From the NCBI GenBank assembly GCA_001916065.1, contig MNRS01000020.1:55969-119968 (forward strand): a DNA stretch of 64,000 nucleotides. Direction: 5' to 3'. This document shows, piece after piece, positions 32,498 to 41,738 of the stretch. The position numbers and the translations under genes were made by a program. This DNA comes from Clostridium sp. 28_17 (GTDB taxonomy: Bacteria; Bacillota; Clostridia; TANB77; CAG-508). Position 1 is the stretch's first letter. Every line of letters begins with the position of its first letter. The notes under the pieces are model-generated. The model saw nothing but the letters and a program-made list of their open reading frames with translations. It ran no database searches and was not told where the DNA came from.

Positions 32498-32503
32498 TAT
32501 TTT

Positions 32504-32971
32504 TTACCAGAATATTAAAAATGTTAAGAATGTTCCCCAAACTACTTGCTCTCTTGTTAAATCTTTCAACATTTCGGGTAATTCTCCTTCTTCCTTTTCA
32601 TCAACAAATTTCATTTCGTAATAATCTACATCTTGTACTTTAAAGTATTCTTCAAAATTTCTTGTTTCATCATCTCTCATTGTAGACACATCTATGTATT
32701 TACTTCCTAAGAATGTATCTCTTTCTGAGTATAAATCTATTCTTAAGTATTTATTTGTAATTTTATGTTCTGAACTATTGTAAATACTGCCTTTTATACG
32801 TCCATTTATTTTGGTTGCTTGTGCTTGATACACTGTTACTTGTGGCAAATTGTCCTTTCTTCCTATATTTTGATATGTTGTTTCTAAATTTAAATATATC
32901 AATATGTTTGAAAATATGTAAAATAGTATTATCCACATCGCATATTTAAATAACGTTTTCATTCTATCCAT
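32504..32971 (-). CDS. Hypothetical membrane protein.
   Basis: 155 aa. Two TM helices (one at each end) bracketing a soluble domain. A 22-bp perfect palindrome lies ~45 bp upstream. Confidence 0.5.
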   Translation of the reverse strand: MDRMKTLFKYAMWIILFYIFSNILIYLNLETTYQNIGRKDNLPQVTVYQAQATKINGRIKGSIYNSSEHKITNKYLRIDLYSERDTFLGSKYIDVSTMRDDETRNFEEYFKVQDVDYYEMKFVDEKEEGELPEMLKDLTREQVVWGTFLTFLIFW

Positions 32972-33167
32972 GTTACTTCTCCTTTTATTTTTTTATGTTG
33001 TTATTATAACAGAAAAATATTGAAATTTCAATATTTTGGGTAGATTTAACTAATTTTGAAAATTAGTAGAACAAATTATATTATGATTTATTAACCACAA
33101 AAGAGGATACTCATTGAATATCCTCTTTGTTTGAAAGTACTTTAATTAATAGACATTGAAAGGTATT

Positions 33168-33956
33168 TTATAAAAGGTATTTTATAATGTCCTTTAATAT
33201 TATATTCGGGTCATACAACAACGCAAGTTGCATATCTTTTTGTTTTAGAAGTTCTATATCTGCACCATTTTCCAATAAAATTTTTATTATTTTCAGATTT
33301 TTGTTTTCTATTGCAGCCTCAAGAAGACCTGAATCTTTCTTCGTATTCTCATCCGCATATTTAATTAAAATTTTTACAACTTTTTCATATCCTCCATTTA
33401 TTGCATCAAAAATGAGAGAAAAGCAATCCGTTTCAACCACGCCATGTTCTATCAGTAATTTAACTAATCCTATATTTCCACAATTTACGGGACTCTCCAA
33501 AAGTTTATAGGGCCATACTTCCGTCACATCTGCTCCATTTTCAAGTAATACTTCTACAATTTCTTTATTTCCTATTTCTACTGCACTTAACAAAAGATCA
33601 ACCGTATAACATTCTGCTAAATTTGCTCCTTTTTCCAACAACAGTTTTACTACTTCTATTTTCCCACTTTCAATTGCTCTATAAATAACTAGATTATGCC
33701 TCGCTTCTACATCTGCTCCTTTTTCAAGTAATAATTCTATAACATCATTATTTCCTCTCTTTGCCGCTATAATAATAGCTTGATTATCATCCGCTGTTAC
33801 ATCTGCTCCTCTTTCTATAAGGAATTTTACTAGATCAGTATATCCGCCTTCTACTGCTAATTGCAATACTTCATTCAAGGTATTTGTTGAATATGCACCC
33901 AAATCCACTAGTTGCCGTATAATTTCCATATACTTCTCTTGACTATTTTCTTTCAT
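33168..33956 (-). CDS. Ankyrin-repeat protein (about 7 ANK repeats). Start taken at MKENSQ (33956), preceded by GGAGG. The ORF track starts at 33971.
   Basis: Repeats of the type ..LLExGADVxAxDNxxxxAAxxGxxxVVKLLLEKGA... Contains an in-frame CGG (Arg) codon. Confidence 0.8.
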   Translation of the reverse strand: MKENSQEKYMEIIRQLVDLGAYSTNTLNEVLQLAVEGGYTDLVKFLIERGADVTADDNQAIIIAAKRGNNDVIELLLEKGADVEARHNLVIYRAIESGKIEVVKLLLEKGANLAECYTVDLLLSAVEIGNKEIVEVLLENGADVTEVWPYKLLESPVNCGNIGLVKLLIEHGVVETDCFSLIFDAINGGYEKVVKILIKYADENTKKDSGLLEAAIENKNLKIIKILLENGADIELLKQKDMQLALLYDPNIILKDIIKYLL

Positions 33957-34011
33957 ATTAGATACCTCCAAAATTCTTTGTTTGTATTTTATTACCTTTT
34001 GCTACATTAGC

Positions 34012-34040
34012 ATTATACATTATGTTATGTTAATTGTCAA
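34012..34040 (-). promoter_or_regulatory. Consensus sigma-A promoter (TTGACA-17-TGTATAAT) driving the ankyrin gene.
   Basis: Minus-strand TTGACAattaacataacataaTGTATAAT. Perfect -35, extended -10 and spacing. Confidence 0.7.
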
Positions 34041-37000
34041 ATTTCAATTTCTTTACCCAAATAAACAGAATAAATATAAACCTTCTCCACCTTTGTACCC
34101 AAAGCACTCTCCAAAGCCTGTTTATACAAATCTAGTTGACTCTTATATTTTTCAATAAGTTCAAATTCCTTACCACTTTCAACATAATCAGTTTTATAAT
34201 CAACCAAAACAATTTGCCCATTTTCATTAACAAAATATAAATCTATAATACCCTGAACAAGTATATTTTCCTTTATATACTCATCATAAATCTGACTTGC
34301 TGGAACATTAATATAAAATGGCTTTTCTTGATAGTATTCTTTGGCATTTTTTAATTGTTTCCAAATCTCTGATTTTGTAAATTGTAATATTTTGTTTGGA
34401 TTTATTGCTTGCTTTTCTTTTTCTGTTATTATTTTATTCATTTCCAAATTTTGTATTAATGATTTTATTTTTTCTAAATCATAATCCTCTTTTGGATTTA
34501 ATTTTTGTAGGCATAAGTGTGTAAGTGTTCCTTTTTGTGCAGATGTTATTTGAGTTTCTTTTTCTTCTTGTAAAAATTTTGGTTTTTCAAAGGTTATATT
34601 TTGTGTACTAATATTGCAATCATTTTCACCTGTCTTGTCGTTTATTTCTGTAGGTTCTTCATTATCTAAACTCTCAAAATCAACATTCAATTGTTTTTGT
34701 TTCATTTTCTTAATTTTTGTAACAGAACTTTTAGTTGGAATGTCAATAGCTAATTTATCAGGATATTCATATTCAATTTGTTCCTTAATTTGATTTATAT
34801 CCTTTTTATTAGAATTTTCATTTAACATCTCAATTACATTTTGAGATGTATTTTCTTGCTCATTTTCTTGTTTTTTATTTTCAAAAACGCTACTTGGTTC
34901 TATCCTATTCAATTCAAGTAAATCTTCTGTATTAGACTGTTCATACAAATATACAAGCAATATCCAATCTAAATAGTCTTTATATTTTTTTACCAAAATA
35001 GGATTTATTTTTCCATTTTTTCTTGCATAAATATTTTTTTGTTGTTCAATATCTTCTAATTGTTTTGAATAATCTTTAGAAATTCCTGTTATTATTAATT
35101 TTTCTTTTGCTCTTGTTAAAGCAACATACAAAATCCTCATTTCTTCCGAGATATTTTCATTTCTAATAACGTTTTTTATTGCTTCTCTTGTTAAAGTATC
35201 ATATTGAACTTGTGCATTGTAATTAATATATTTAGCACCTATTCCTAGGTCTTGATGCAATAGAACCGGATTTTTTCTTATATCTTGTTCATTGAATTGT
35301 TTATTTGTATTTACCAAAAATACAATTGGAAATTCAAGTCCTTTACTCTTGTGAATACTCATTATTCTAATAACATCATCATTTTCACCTATTATTTTTG
35401 CAGAACTTAAATCACCTGAATTAATTTTTAATTTTTCTATAAAGTTTATAAAATTATATAATCCTTTAAAACTGGCAGTTTCATATTTTTTTGCTCTTTC
35501 AAATAATATTTTCAAGTTAGCCTGTCTTAAATTACCGTTTGGCATTAGTCCAACATAATTGTAATATCCTGTGTCTGAATAAATTTTCCAAATCAATTCG
35601 TCTAATGCTAGATATTCTTGTTCTTTTCTCCATGTATCAATTTGATTTAAAAATTTTTCTATTTTTTCTTTTAATTGTGCATCAACATCAACTTTTGCTT
35701 TTTGCATACAATTGTAGAAATTGTCATATTTGTCTGATAAACGAATTTCCACAAGTTCATTATCTGTGAACTTTCCTATGTTTGACCTTAAAACTGTTAC
35801 AAGTGGAATGTCTTGCATAGGGTTGTCTATTATTTTTAGTAAACTCATAATTGTTTGAATTTCTATTGAGTCTAGATATTCTTGGTTACTATCTGCAAAT
35901 ACAGGCATATCAAGTTTTATAAGTTCTTGTTCATATATACTTGCCTTGTCTTTTGTGGACCTCAATAAAATTGCAATATCTTTGTATGTTATATCTCTAA
36001 ATATTTCTTTTTTTCTGTCATATACTTGATATTTGCTATCTATTAATTTCTTTATTTTATCTGCAACATATTTTGCTTCAATTTCAATATTTTCCAAGTG
36101 TTCTAATTCTTCTTCATTTTCTCCATCATTATCGTCATAATCTGAATTTTCATAATATTTATTTGAGTACTCTTGGCTATCTTCTTCGCTTTCTTCCTCT
36201 GTTTTTACATCTATTATATCAATTTCTGTTTTTAAATTTTGTTCTATTTTTTTGTAATCTTCTGCACCAAAATTCAAATACTCATCTTCGTTATAGTCAA
36301 CTTCCCCTAATTTTTCACTCATAATATCTTTAAAAATTAAGTTTGTAAAATCAAGTACATTATCTCTACTTCTAAAGTTTTTGAATAGTTGAATCTTTCT
36401 TCCTGAACAATTTGGGTCTGTTTCAACTGGCTTGTAATTAGAATATTTATCTAAAAATAGTTTTGGCATTGCCTGTCTGAATCTATAAATACTTTGTTTT
36501 ACATCCCCAACCATAAACATGTTATTTCCCCTAGAAATTGAAGATAATATAAATTCCTGTACAAGGTTACTGTCTTGATATTCGTCAATTGCAATTTCTT
36601 CAAATTTTTCTGTGTATTTTTTTGCAACTTCTGTTTTTATTATCTTTTTGTGTTTTTCTCCGTTTTCATCAGTTGTTGTTTCTACATCTTTTACTAATAT
36701 ATTTAAAGCAAAATGTTCTATATCTGTAAAGTCAACTATGTTTTTATCTCTTTTTCTTTTTGAAAATATTTCATCAAATTCTATAATCAATTTTTCTAAT
36801 TTTTTCAAAATATCATACATATCAAATATATCTTGATTTGATTGTTGTGAATCTGATACAAATATTTTTCCTGTTTTTCTCTTGAATTTATCTTTTACAC
36901 TATCTCTTACATTTTTTGCTTCTTCTTTTATTTCTGATTCTACTTTTTTTCTTGACCATGCCGTAAATTTTATATTTTGTGCGATTTCATATGCTTTATT

Positions 37001-37805
37001 CCAATTATTTAAATTTTCTTTTAATGTTGATAATTGCTTAATGTCTGACTCCATTATTTGCTTGAAAATTTCTAGCTCCTTTTCATATTCCATTCCTTTT
37101 ACTATATCTTCAAGTATAGCTAAATCATCTGTTAATTCTTCATCCATCTCTTCCAATAACACTTTTCCCCAAGGAGTTTGGCTAAAATCTTTGTCTAGTT
37201 CATCTTTTATGTTAAACATTTCTATTTTCTCATTTAGCCATTTTAGTGGATATGGGCTTGAACTTATATAACTATAAATGCTTAAAATTAAGTCTTTTAA
37301 AGGTGTATCATCTCTGTAACTTGTATATGTATTTATAAGTTTTGTAAAGTCTTTATCTTCTGAAAGATATTTATTTTCAAACAATTCGTCCAAAATCTCT
37401 TGTTTTAAAAGTTCTATCTCGGGTGTATCTGCAATTCTAAAATTAGGCGATACATTTTCTAATTCATAAAAATTGTTTTTTACAACATCTAAACAAAATG
37501 AGTCTATTGTACAAATGCTTGCCATATTTAATAATGTTATTTGTCTTTGTAAATTTTCATTTTCCGGGTCTTCATCCAATTTTTTGTATATTGCATCTAA
37601 TACCCTTTCTCTCATTTCTGATGCCGCCGCATTTGTGAATGTTACGACTAATAATTTGTCTATATCAATATTTTCATTTATTGCTTTGTTTATAATTCTT
37701 TCTACTAATACCGCCGTTTTTCCGACTTCCCGCTGCTGCAGCCACTAATAAATTTGAGTTTTTTTCATATATTGCTTGTTTTTGTTCTTTTGTCCAGTTA
37801 GGCAT
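34037..37805 (-). pseudogene. addA: ATP-dependent helicase/nuclease subunit A (AddA/RexA: UvrD-like helicase plus C-terminal PD-(D/E)XK nuclease). A 1-nt frameshift in the Walker A region at about 37721-37725 (plus tccga). The ORF track shows only 34037..37615.
   Basis: The upstream frame reads MPNWTKEQKQAIYEKNSNLLVAAAAGS. Deleting the C of agt-cgg restores [43 protein letters not shown]. Helicase motifs. C-terminal nuclease motif (GIIDLYF...VDYKTD). Confidence 0.9.
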
Positions 37806-38152
37806 TTTTTATTTCTCCTTCCATGTTTTTTTTGAGAAGCGTCCACAAAAGGACATTTTCTATATCTTCTACAGTCTATTTTTCCATGTAAATATGTTGA
37901 TAGTTTTTCTCCGTTTATTAAGTTTTCTTTTTGTTTTTTTGTTAGATTTTTTATTTGATATTCTAATTTACATGCTAGTGATTTGTCTTTGCTTTTCCAT
38001 GCCGCTTCTAATTTAATTGCATTGTGTGATTTTGTATATTTTGCTCCATTTTTACTTTTGGTTTTGTGTTCATTAAAACGTTTGTCTAAGTCATTTGTCA
38101 TTCCTGTGTAAATTGAATTATCTTCACATCTTATCATATATGTATAGTACAT
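37745..38152 (-). CDS. GIY-YIG nuclease-superfamily protein (YhbQ/UPF0213-like), with a lysine-rich C-terminal extension that overlaps the addA start by about 60 nt.
   Basis: N-terminal YxYMIRCEDNSIYTGMTNDLDKRFNEH, a GIY-YIG signature. Confidence 0.65.
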   Translation of the reverse strand: MYYTYMIRCEDNSIYTGMTNDLDKRFNEHKTKSKNGAKYTKSHNAIKLEAAWKSKDKSLACKLEYQIKNLTKKQKENLINGEKLSTYLHGKIDCRRYRKCPFVDASQKKHGRRNKKCLTGQKNKNKQYMKKTQIY

Positions 38153-38256
38153 TTTCTTTTTTTAAGGTGTTTTTATTTACCTTTTATTCCTCCTATGTTT
38201 TTCCATATGAATATATCACAAGTTTTGTTTTGTTTCAATACAAAATTAATGTGATA

Positions 38257-38285
38257 CGCAAAAAGAGAAGTTTGGCACTTCTCTT
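38257..38285 (-). terminator. Rho-independent terminator downstream of the 38299..38532 gene.
   Basis: aagagaagtttggcacttctctt hairpin with a U-run on the minus strand. Confidence 0.6.
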
Positions 38286-38298
38286 CTTACATTTTTCA

Positions 38299-38532
38299 TC
38301 AACAACTTTTAACTTTATAATATCTAAATCTAGGTGATAGGATTCCACATTTCACATAGTCTAATATAATTTTCTGGATTTCTTCTATATTAAGTTGAAG
38401 TCCATATTTTCCCCGTAAATCCTCTTTTAGTTGTTTCTCTGTTACATTTTCCTGTGATGCAATATAATTATATATTACAAAATCACTTTCTTTTTTTATT
38501 TTTTCTTTTGTCATTTTTACGTACACGCTCAT
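38299..38532 (-). CDS. Hypothetical small protein (77 aa).
   Basis: ORF downstream of a perfect sigma-A promoter and followed by a terminator. Contains an in-frame CGG codon. Confidence 0.5.
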   Translation of the reverse strand: MSVYVKMTKEKIKKESDFVIYNYIASQENVTEKQLKEDLRGKYGLQLNIEEIQKIILDYVKCGILSPRFRYYKVKSC

Positions 38533-38583
38533 TTTTCTACCTCCAAAATATTTGTTGATATTACTGCCTTGTTACTTTTAACA

Positions 38584-38612
38584 TTATACAAAAACCTATT
38601 CCAATTGTCAAT
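38584..38612 (-). promoter_or_regulatory. Consensus sigma-A promoter (TTGACA-17-TGTATAAT) driving the 77-aa gene.
   Basis: Minus-strand TTGACAattggaataggttttTGTATAAT. Confidence 0.7.
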
Positions 38613-38628
38613 GTCAATTTATATTTAT

Positions 38629-39582
38629 CTACTTCCCAATATCACTCATATTCCAATTTTGATACTCAACTTTATAGCCAGAAAAATCAGGTACACTCAC
38701 ATCCTCATCATTTACAATACCAAAATCATATTTATATTTTTCAATAATATCACTCTCCTTTTTAACAATTTCTGTTCCTGGAATATATACTACTGAACCA
38801 CCTCTATTTATCTCTCTAATAACAAGACCAGTCTCTTTATCTAACCATACTTCCCATGTATTTCTCTTATCAAACTTATATCTTAAAATATAATACAATT
38901 TATTTGAATCATATGAATCTGATTCTATAGACATCAAAAATGCCTTACCTAAATTTGCATAAACCATTTTTCTTTCTTCTAATGGAAATCTATCAAATTT
39001 TACATTTTCTTCTTTATTAAAAGTCTCTAAGATATCACCTTTATATACTGTAACAATTTTTTCTCTTTCATTTACTATTTTTCTTTCATCACTTTCCACT
39101 TCTCCATATTCAGTAGAAATAAGTTCTTTACCATTATCTGAATATATTTCATTTGTTATTTTATATTTTCCATCTTTATAATATGTTTTGGATACAGAAA
39201 CACTATTTTCGACAGAATTTTCCTGTTTTTCACAATAATAATTTTGTGACTTTAAACTTTTTTCTGCTTTTTTCATTATATTAGAAATTCTTATAAATTT
39301 TATTAAATATAATAAAATTAAAATTAATATTATAATTCCAATCGCAATTAATATTGATTTTATTCTGCTTTTAGTTTTTATTTTTTTTAAATAGTCAATT
39401 TCTCTTTGTTGTATCTTTTCATTTTGTTTATTCTCTTCTAGAATTTCATTCAGTTTTTCTTTGCAGTCTTTGCAATCCTTCAAATGATTTTCAACTAATT
39501 TTTTAGACTCATTATTTAAAGTTTTATCAACATATCCAAATAATAAATCTTCAACTACTTTACATTCAATTTCTTTTTTCAT
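38629..39582 (-). CDS. Putative membrane-bound anti-sigma factor: N-terminal zinc-finger (ZAS-like CxxC) domain, one TM helix, extracytoplasmic C-terminal domain.
   Basis: HLKDCKDCKEKL near the N-terminus. TM helix (ILIAIGIIILILILLYLI). Overlaps the sigma-factor gene stop by 17 nt. Confidence 0.6.
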   Translation of the reverse strand: MKKEIECKVVEDLLFGYVDKTLNNESKKLVENHLKDCKDCKEKLNEILEENKQNEKIQQREIDYLKKIKTKSRIKSILIAIGIIILILILLYLIKFIRISNIMKKAEKSLKSQNYYCEKQENSVENSVSVSKTYYKDGKYKITNEIYSDNGKELISTEYGEVESDERKIVNEREKIVTVYKGDILETFNKEENVKFDRFPLEERKMVYANLGKAFLMSIESDSYDSNKLYYILRYKFDKRNTWEVWLDKETGLVIREINRGGSVVYIPGTEIVKKESDIIEKYKYDFGIVNDEDVSVPDFSGYKVEYQNWNMSDIGK

Positions 39583-40060
39583 CTTTTCTTACCTCCTTTA
39601 ATTTTTGTTTTGCTCTATAAAATGTAACTCTTGCCCAATTAGGTGTTTTTCCTAAAACTTCTCCAATTTCATTAAAACTTAAATTCCCTGTTATTCTCAA
39701 ATAAACTACTTCTTTTGTTTTTTCATCTAATTTTTGTATGTCTTTAAAAAGCCTTATTTTATCGTCATTATCACAAATAATATCTTCTACTGTTTTTGTT
39801 TCTTCTACCTCTTCAATTTCTTCTATTGATATATTTTTTCGTGATTTTTTCTTTAATTCTTTGTACCATAAATATTTTGCAATTTGGCATAGCCATACTG
39901 ATACTTTGCAGTTTCCTTTAAATTTTTTTATTTCTTTTACTGCTATTGCAAAAGTTTCTTGTGTTAGTTCTTCTGATATATCTGCATTACCTGTTAGGCA
40001 GAATAAATATTTATATACTGCATTTGAATGTTGTTTATATATTTCTTCTATATTCTGCAT
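39566..40060 (-). CDS. ECF-type RNA polymerase sigma-70 family factor (regions 2 and 4).
   Basis: 164 aa. Region 2 (ELTQETFAIAVKEIKKF). Region 4 HTH (LSFNEIGEVLGKTPNWARVTFYRAKQKL). Confidence 0.85.
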   Translation of the reverse strand: MQNIEEIYKQHSNAVYKYLFCLTGNADISEELTQETFAIAVKEIKKFKGNCKVSVWLCQIAKYLWYKELKKKSRKNISIEEIEEVEETKTVEDIICDNDDKIRLFKDIQKLDEKTKEVVYLRITGNLSFNEIGEVLGKTPNWARVTFYRAKQKLKEVRKDEKRN

Positions 40061-40213
40061 AACATTTTCCTCCTTTCACTTTATAAGTGTATTTTTTTGA
40101 TAAAATATTACAGATTATTCATTTTTTATTTTTAAAATTATATCTTTGCTAATACACAGAAAAATAGTAGCGCCATATTATAGCACTACTATCTCTTTGT
40201 TAACAACAGACAT

Positions 40214-40849
40214 TTATTTTTCAATAAAGTCCATTGCATCTTTCGTTATGGCCATTTCCGGCATTTGAAAGCCACATTTTAGCCTATCTGTAGCAACTGT
40301 TGTAATAAACTGTTTAAATTTTTCCATTCCAGTTCCTTTTAGATAATCAACTATCAATACGTCCTTTTGAACATATTTACCATTGATATTATCATAGTAA
40401 CTTCTTTTAACTTGAATAGTATCATTTAGAAATTCATGCATACAAACAATGATACCTTCAAATTTGATCTTTTCATCATTATCAATAACAAAAAATCCAT
40501 ATTTTCTTTTCATAATTTTTTTCTTGTTTCTATTACTTTTTTCTTCATCTGAAAAAAAGATTTCATTAAGTCGTATTGCATTTTCACCTTTAAAAGTAAG
40601 AGTCCGAATTTTTTCCTTACTATCCCAAGAGTGTGTTCTGTTATCAAGGACTACTTGAACTTCTCCGATACACTTAATTTTAACAGTATCATTATATTCC
40701 ATTTCATCAATAATTTCTTTAAGTATCATAGAAAATTGTTCATCCTTTTTTTTATATTTCAACAAACCCTTTTTTAGTTTTTTACTTACTTTCTTCCGAT
40801 CAAATGACTCTACCACGCCACATCTCATTAGCCAAAACACTCCATTCAT
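40214..40849 (-). CDS. Hypothetical protein (211 aa).
   Basis: ORF downstream of a perfect sigma-A promoter. A hairpin terminator follows at about 40150-40190. Contains two in-frame CGG codons. Confidence 0.5.
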   Translation of the reverse strand: MNGVFWLMRCGVVESFDRKKVSKKLKKGLLKYKKKDEQFSMILKEIIDEMEYNDTVKIKCIGEVQVVLDNRTHSWDSKEKIRTLTFKGENAIRLNEIFFSDEEKSNRNKKKIMKRKYGFFVIDNDEKIKFEGIIVCMHEFLNDTIQVKRSYYDNINGKYVQKDVLIVDYLKGTGMEKFKQFITTVATDRLKCGFQMPEMAITKDAMDFIEK

Positions 40850-40898
40850 TTTCTACCTCCAAAATTACTTTGTTGATATGTTTACAAGTTACATCTAA

Positions 40899-40927
40899 CA
40901 TTATACAAGAAATTATGTAAATTGTCA
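40899..40927 (-). promoter_or_regulatory. Consensus sigma-A promoter (TTGACA-17-TGTATAAT) driving the 40214..40849 gene.
   Basis: Minus-strand TTGACAatttacataatttctTGTATAAT. Confidence 0.7.
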
Positions 40928-40979
40928 AATTAAATTACTCTTTGTTCGCATATTCTATGATTAATCTAAAACAATCAAA

Positions 40980-41573
40980 TTACTCTTTGTTCGCATATTC
41001 CCTAGTAACCTCATTTCGTCGTTCAGGAGAACAATATTTTTTATATAACGCTTTTACATTTTTCTTAGTTAATACTTTATCAATTCCATCTTTACTAACT
41101 TGCGTCAAAAATTCAGTAATCAATGCCTCAACCTGGTCATTAACAAGAGTTTTGTCTCTCTCATTCAACCAATAATCTAGTTCATACTCCTTAGTCCAGT
41201 CTTTTCCTTTATACACCATCCCCGCAGCCAATTTATCACATAACATTTCTGCCACATATTGATATGGAATAATTGGAGTTTTATCTGGTGCACTTAAATC
41301 TACCCAATAGTCTGTATGATGCTTATTTCTACCCTTGTGATGTAGCCATGCTTGTGAATATCCTTTGTCCTTTTTTGCATCTGTTATTGGTGAATGTTTT
41401 CCATTAAAATATTTTACTCCTTCCCAAAATTCTGTAGGCGAATATTTTGATAAATCATGAACTAAACCTCTCCAAGGTTGTCCTACTTTGCAGCATAATT
41501 TGAATACTACCCATTTGTGTCTTGTTATTACCATAAAATGTCCTACTATATTTTTTAAGTACATATATTTCAT
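40980..41573 (-). CDS. Hypothetical protein with a His-rich motif (LHHKGRNKHHTDYW).
   Basis: 197-aa ORF. Its last 24 nt are duplicated 45 bp downstream. Confidence 0.5.
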   Translation of the reverse strand: MKYMYLKNIVGHFMVITRHKWVVFKLCCKVGQPWRGLVHDLSKYSPTEFWEGVKYFNGKHSPITDAKKDKGYSQAWLHHKGRNKHHTDYWVDLSAPDKTPIIPYQYVAEMLCDKLAAGMVYKGKDWTKEYELDYWLNERDKTLVNDQVEALITEFLTQVSKDGIDKVLTKKNVKALYKKYCSPERRNEVTREYANKE

Positions 41574-41738
41574 CTCCTCTTACTACATATTTAGTTTATC
41601 ACATATTTTTTTCAAAAGCAACTTTTTGAAAAAATTGCATATACTATTAAAGATGCTAATAAATATTGTTAAAATTTGCACTTTTTTAATTGTCATCATA
41701 TTTTATTGGCTACTTTTATCAAAGTCGGAGGTTTATAT

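Noticed and set aside
33912-40800. The idea that every in-frame CGG codon is a programmed +1 frameshift site.
   Set aside because: Four in-frame CGG codons in the ankyrin, 77-aa and 211-aa genes give sensible Arg-containing proteins and would truncate the ORFs if shifted. CGG is therefore decodable at least in those genes. The 7-of-7 pattern in core genes is kept as a finding, but an artifact remains the more parsimonious explanation.
41612-41637. The palindrome TTTTCAAAAGCAACTTTTTGAAAA upstream of asnB, as a terminator or CodY-like box.
   Set aside because: It is not followed by a U-run on either strand, and it matches the CodY consensus (AATTTTCWGAAAATT) only loosely. It is left as an unassigned palindrome.
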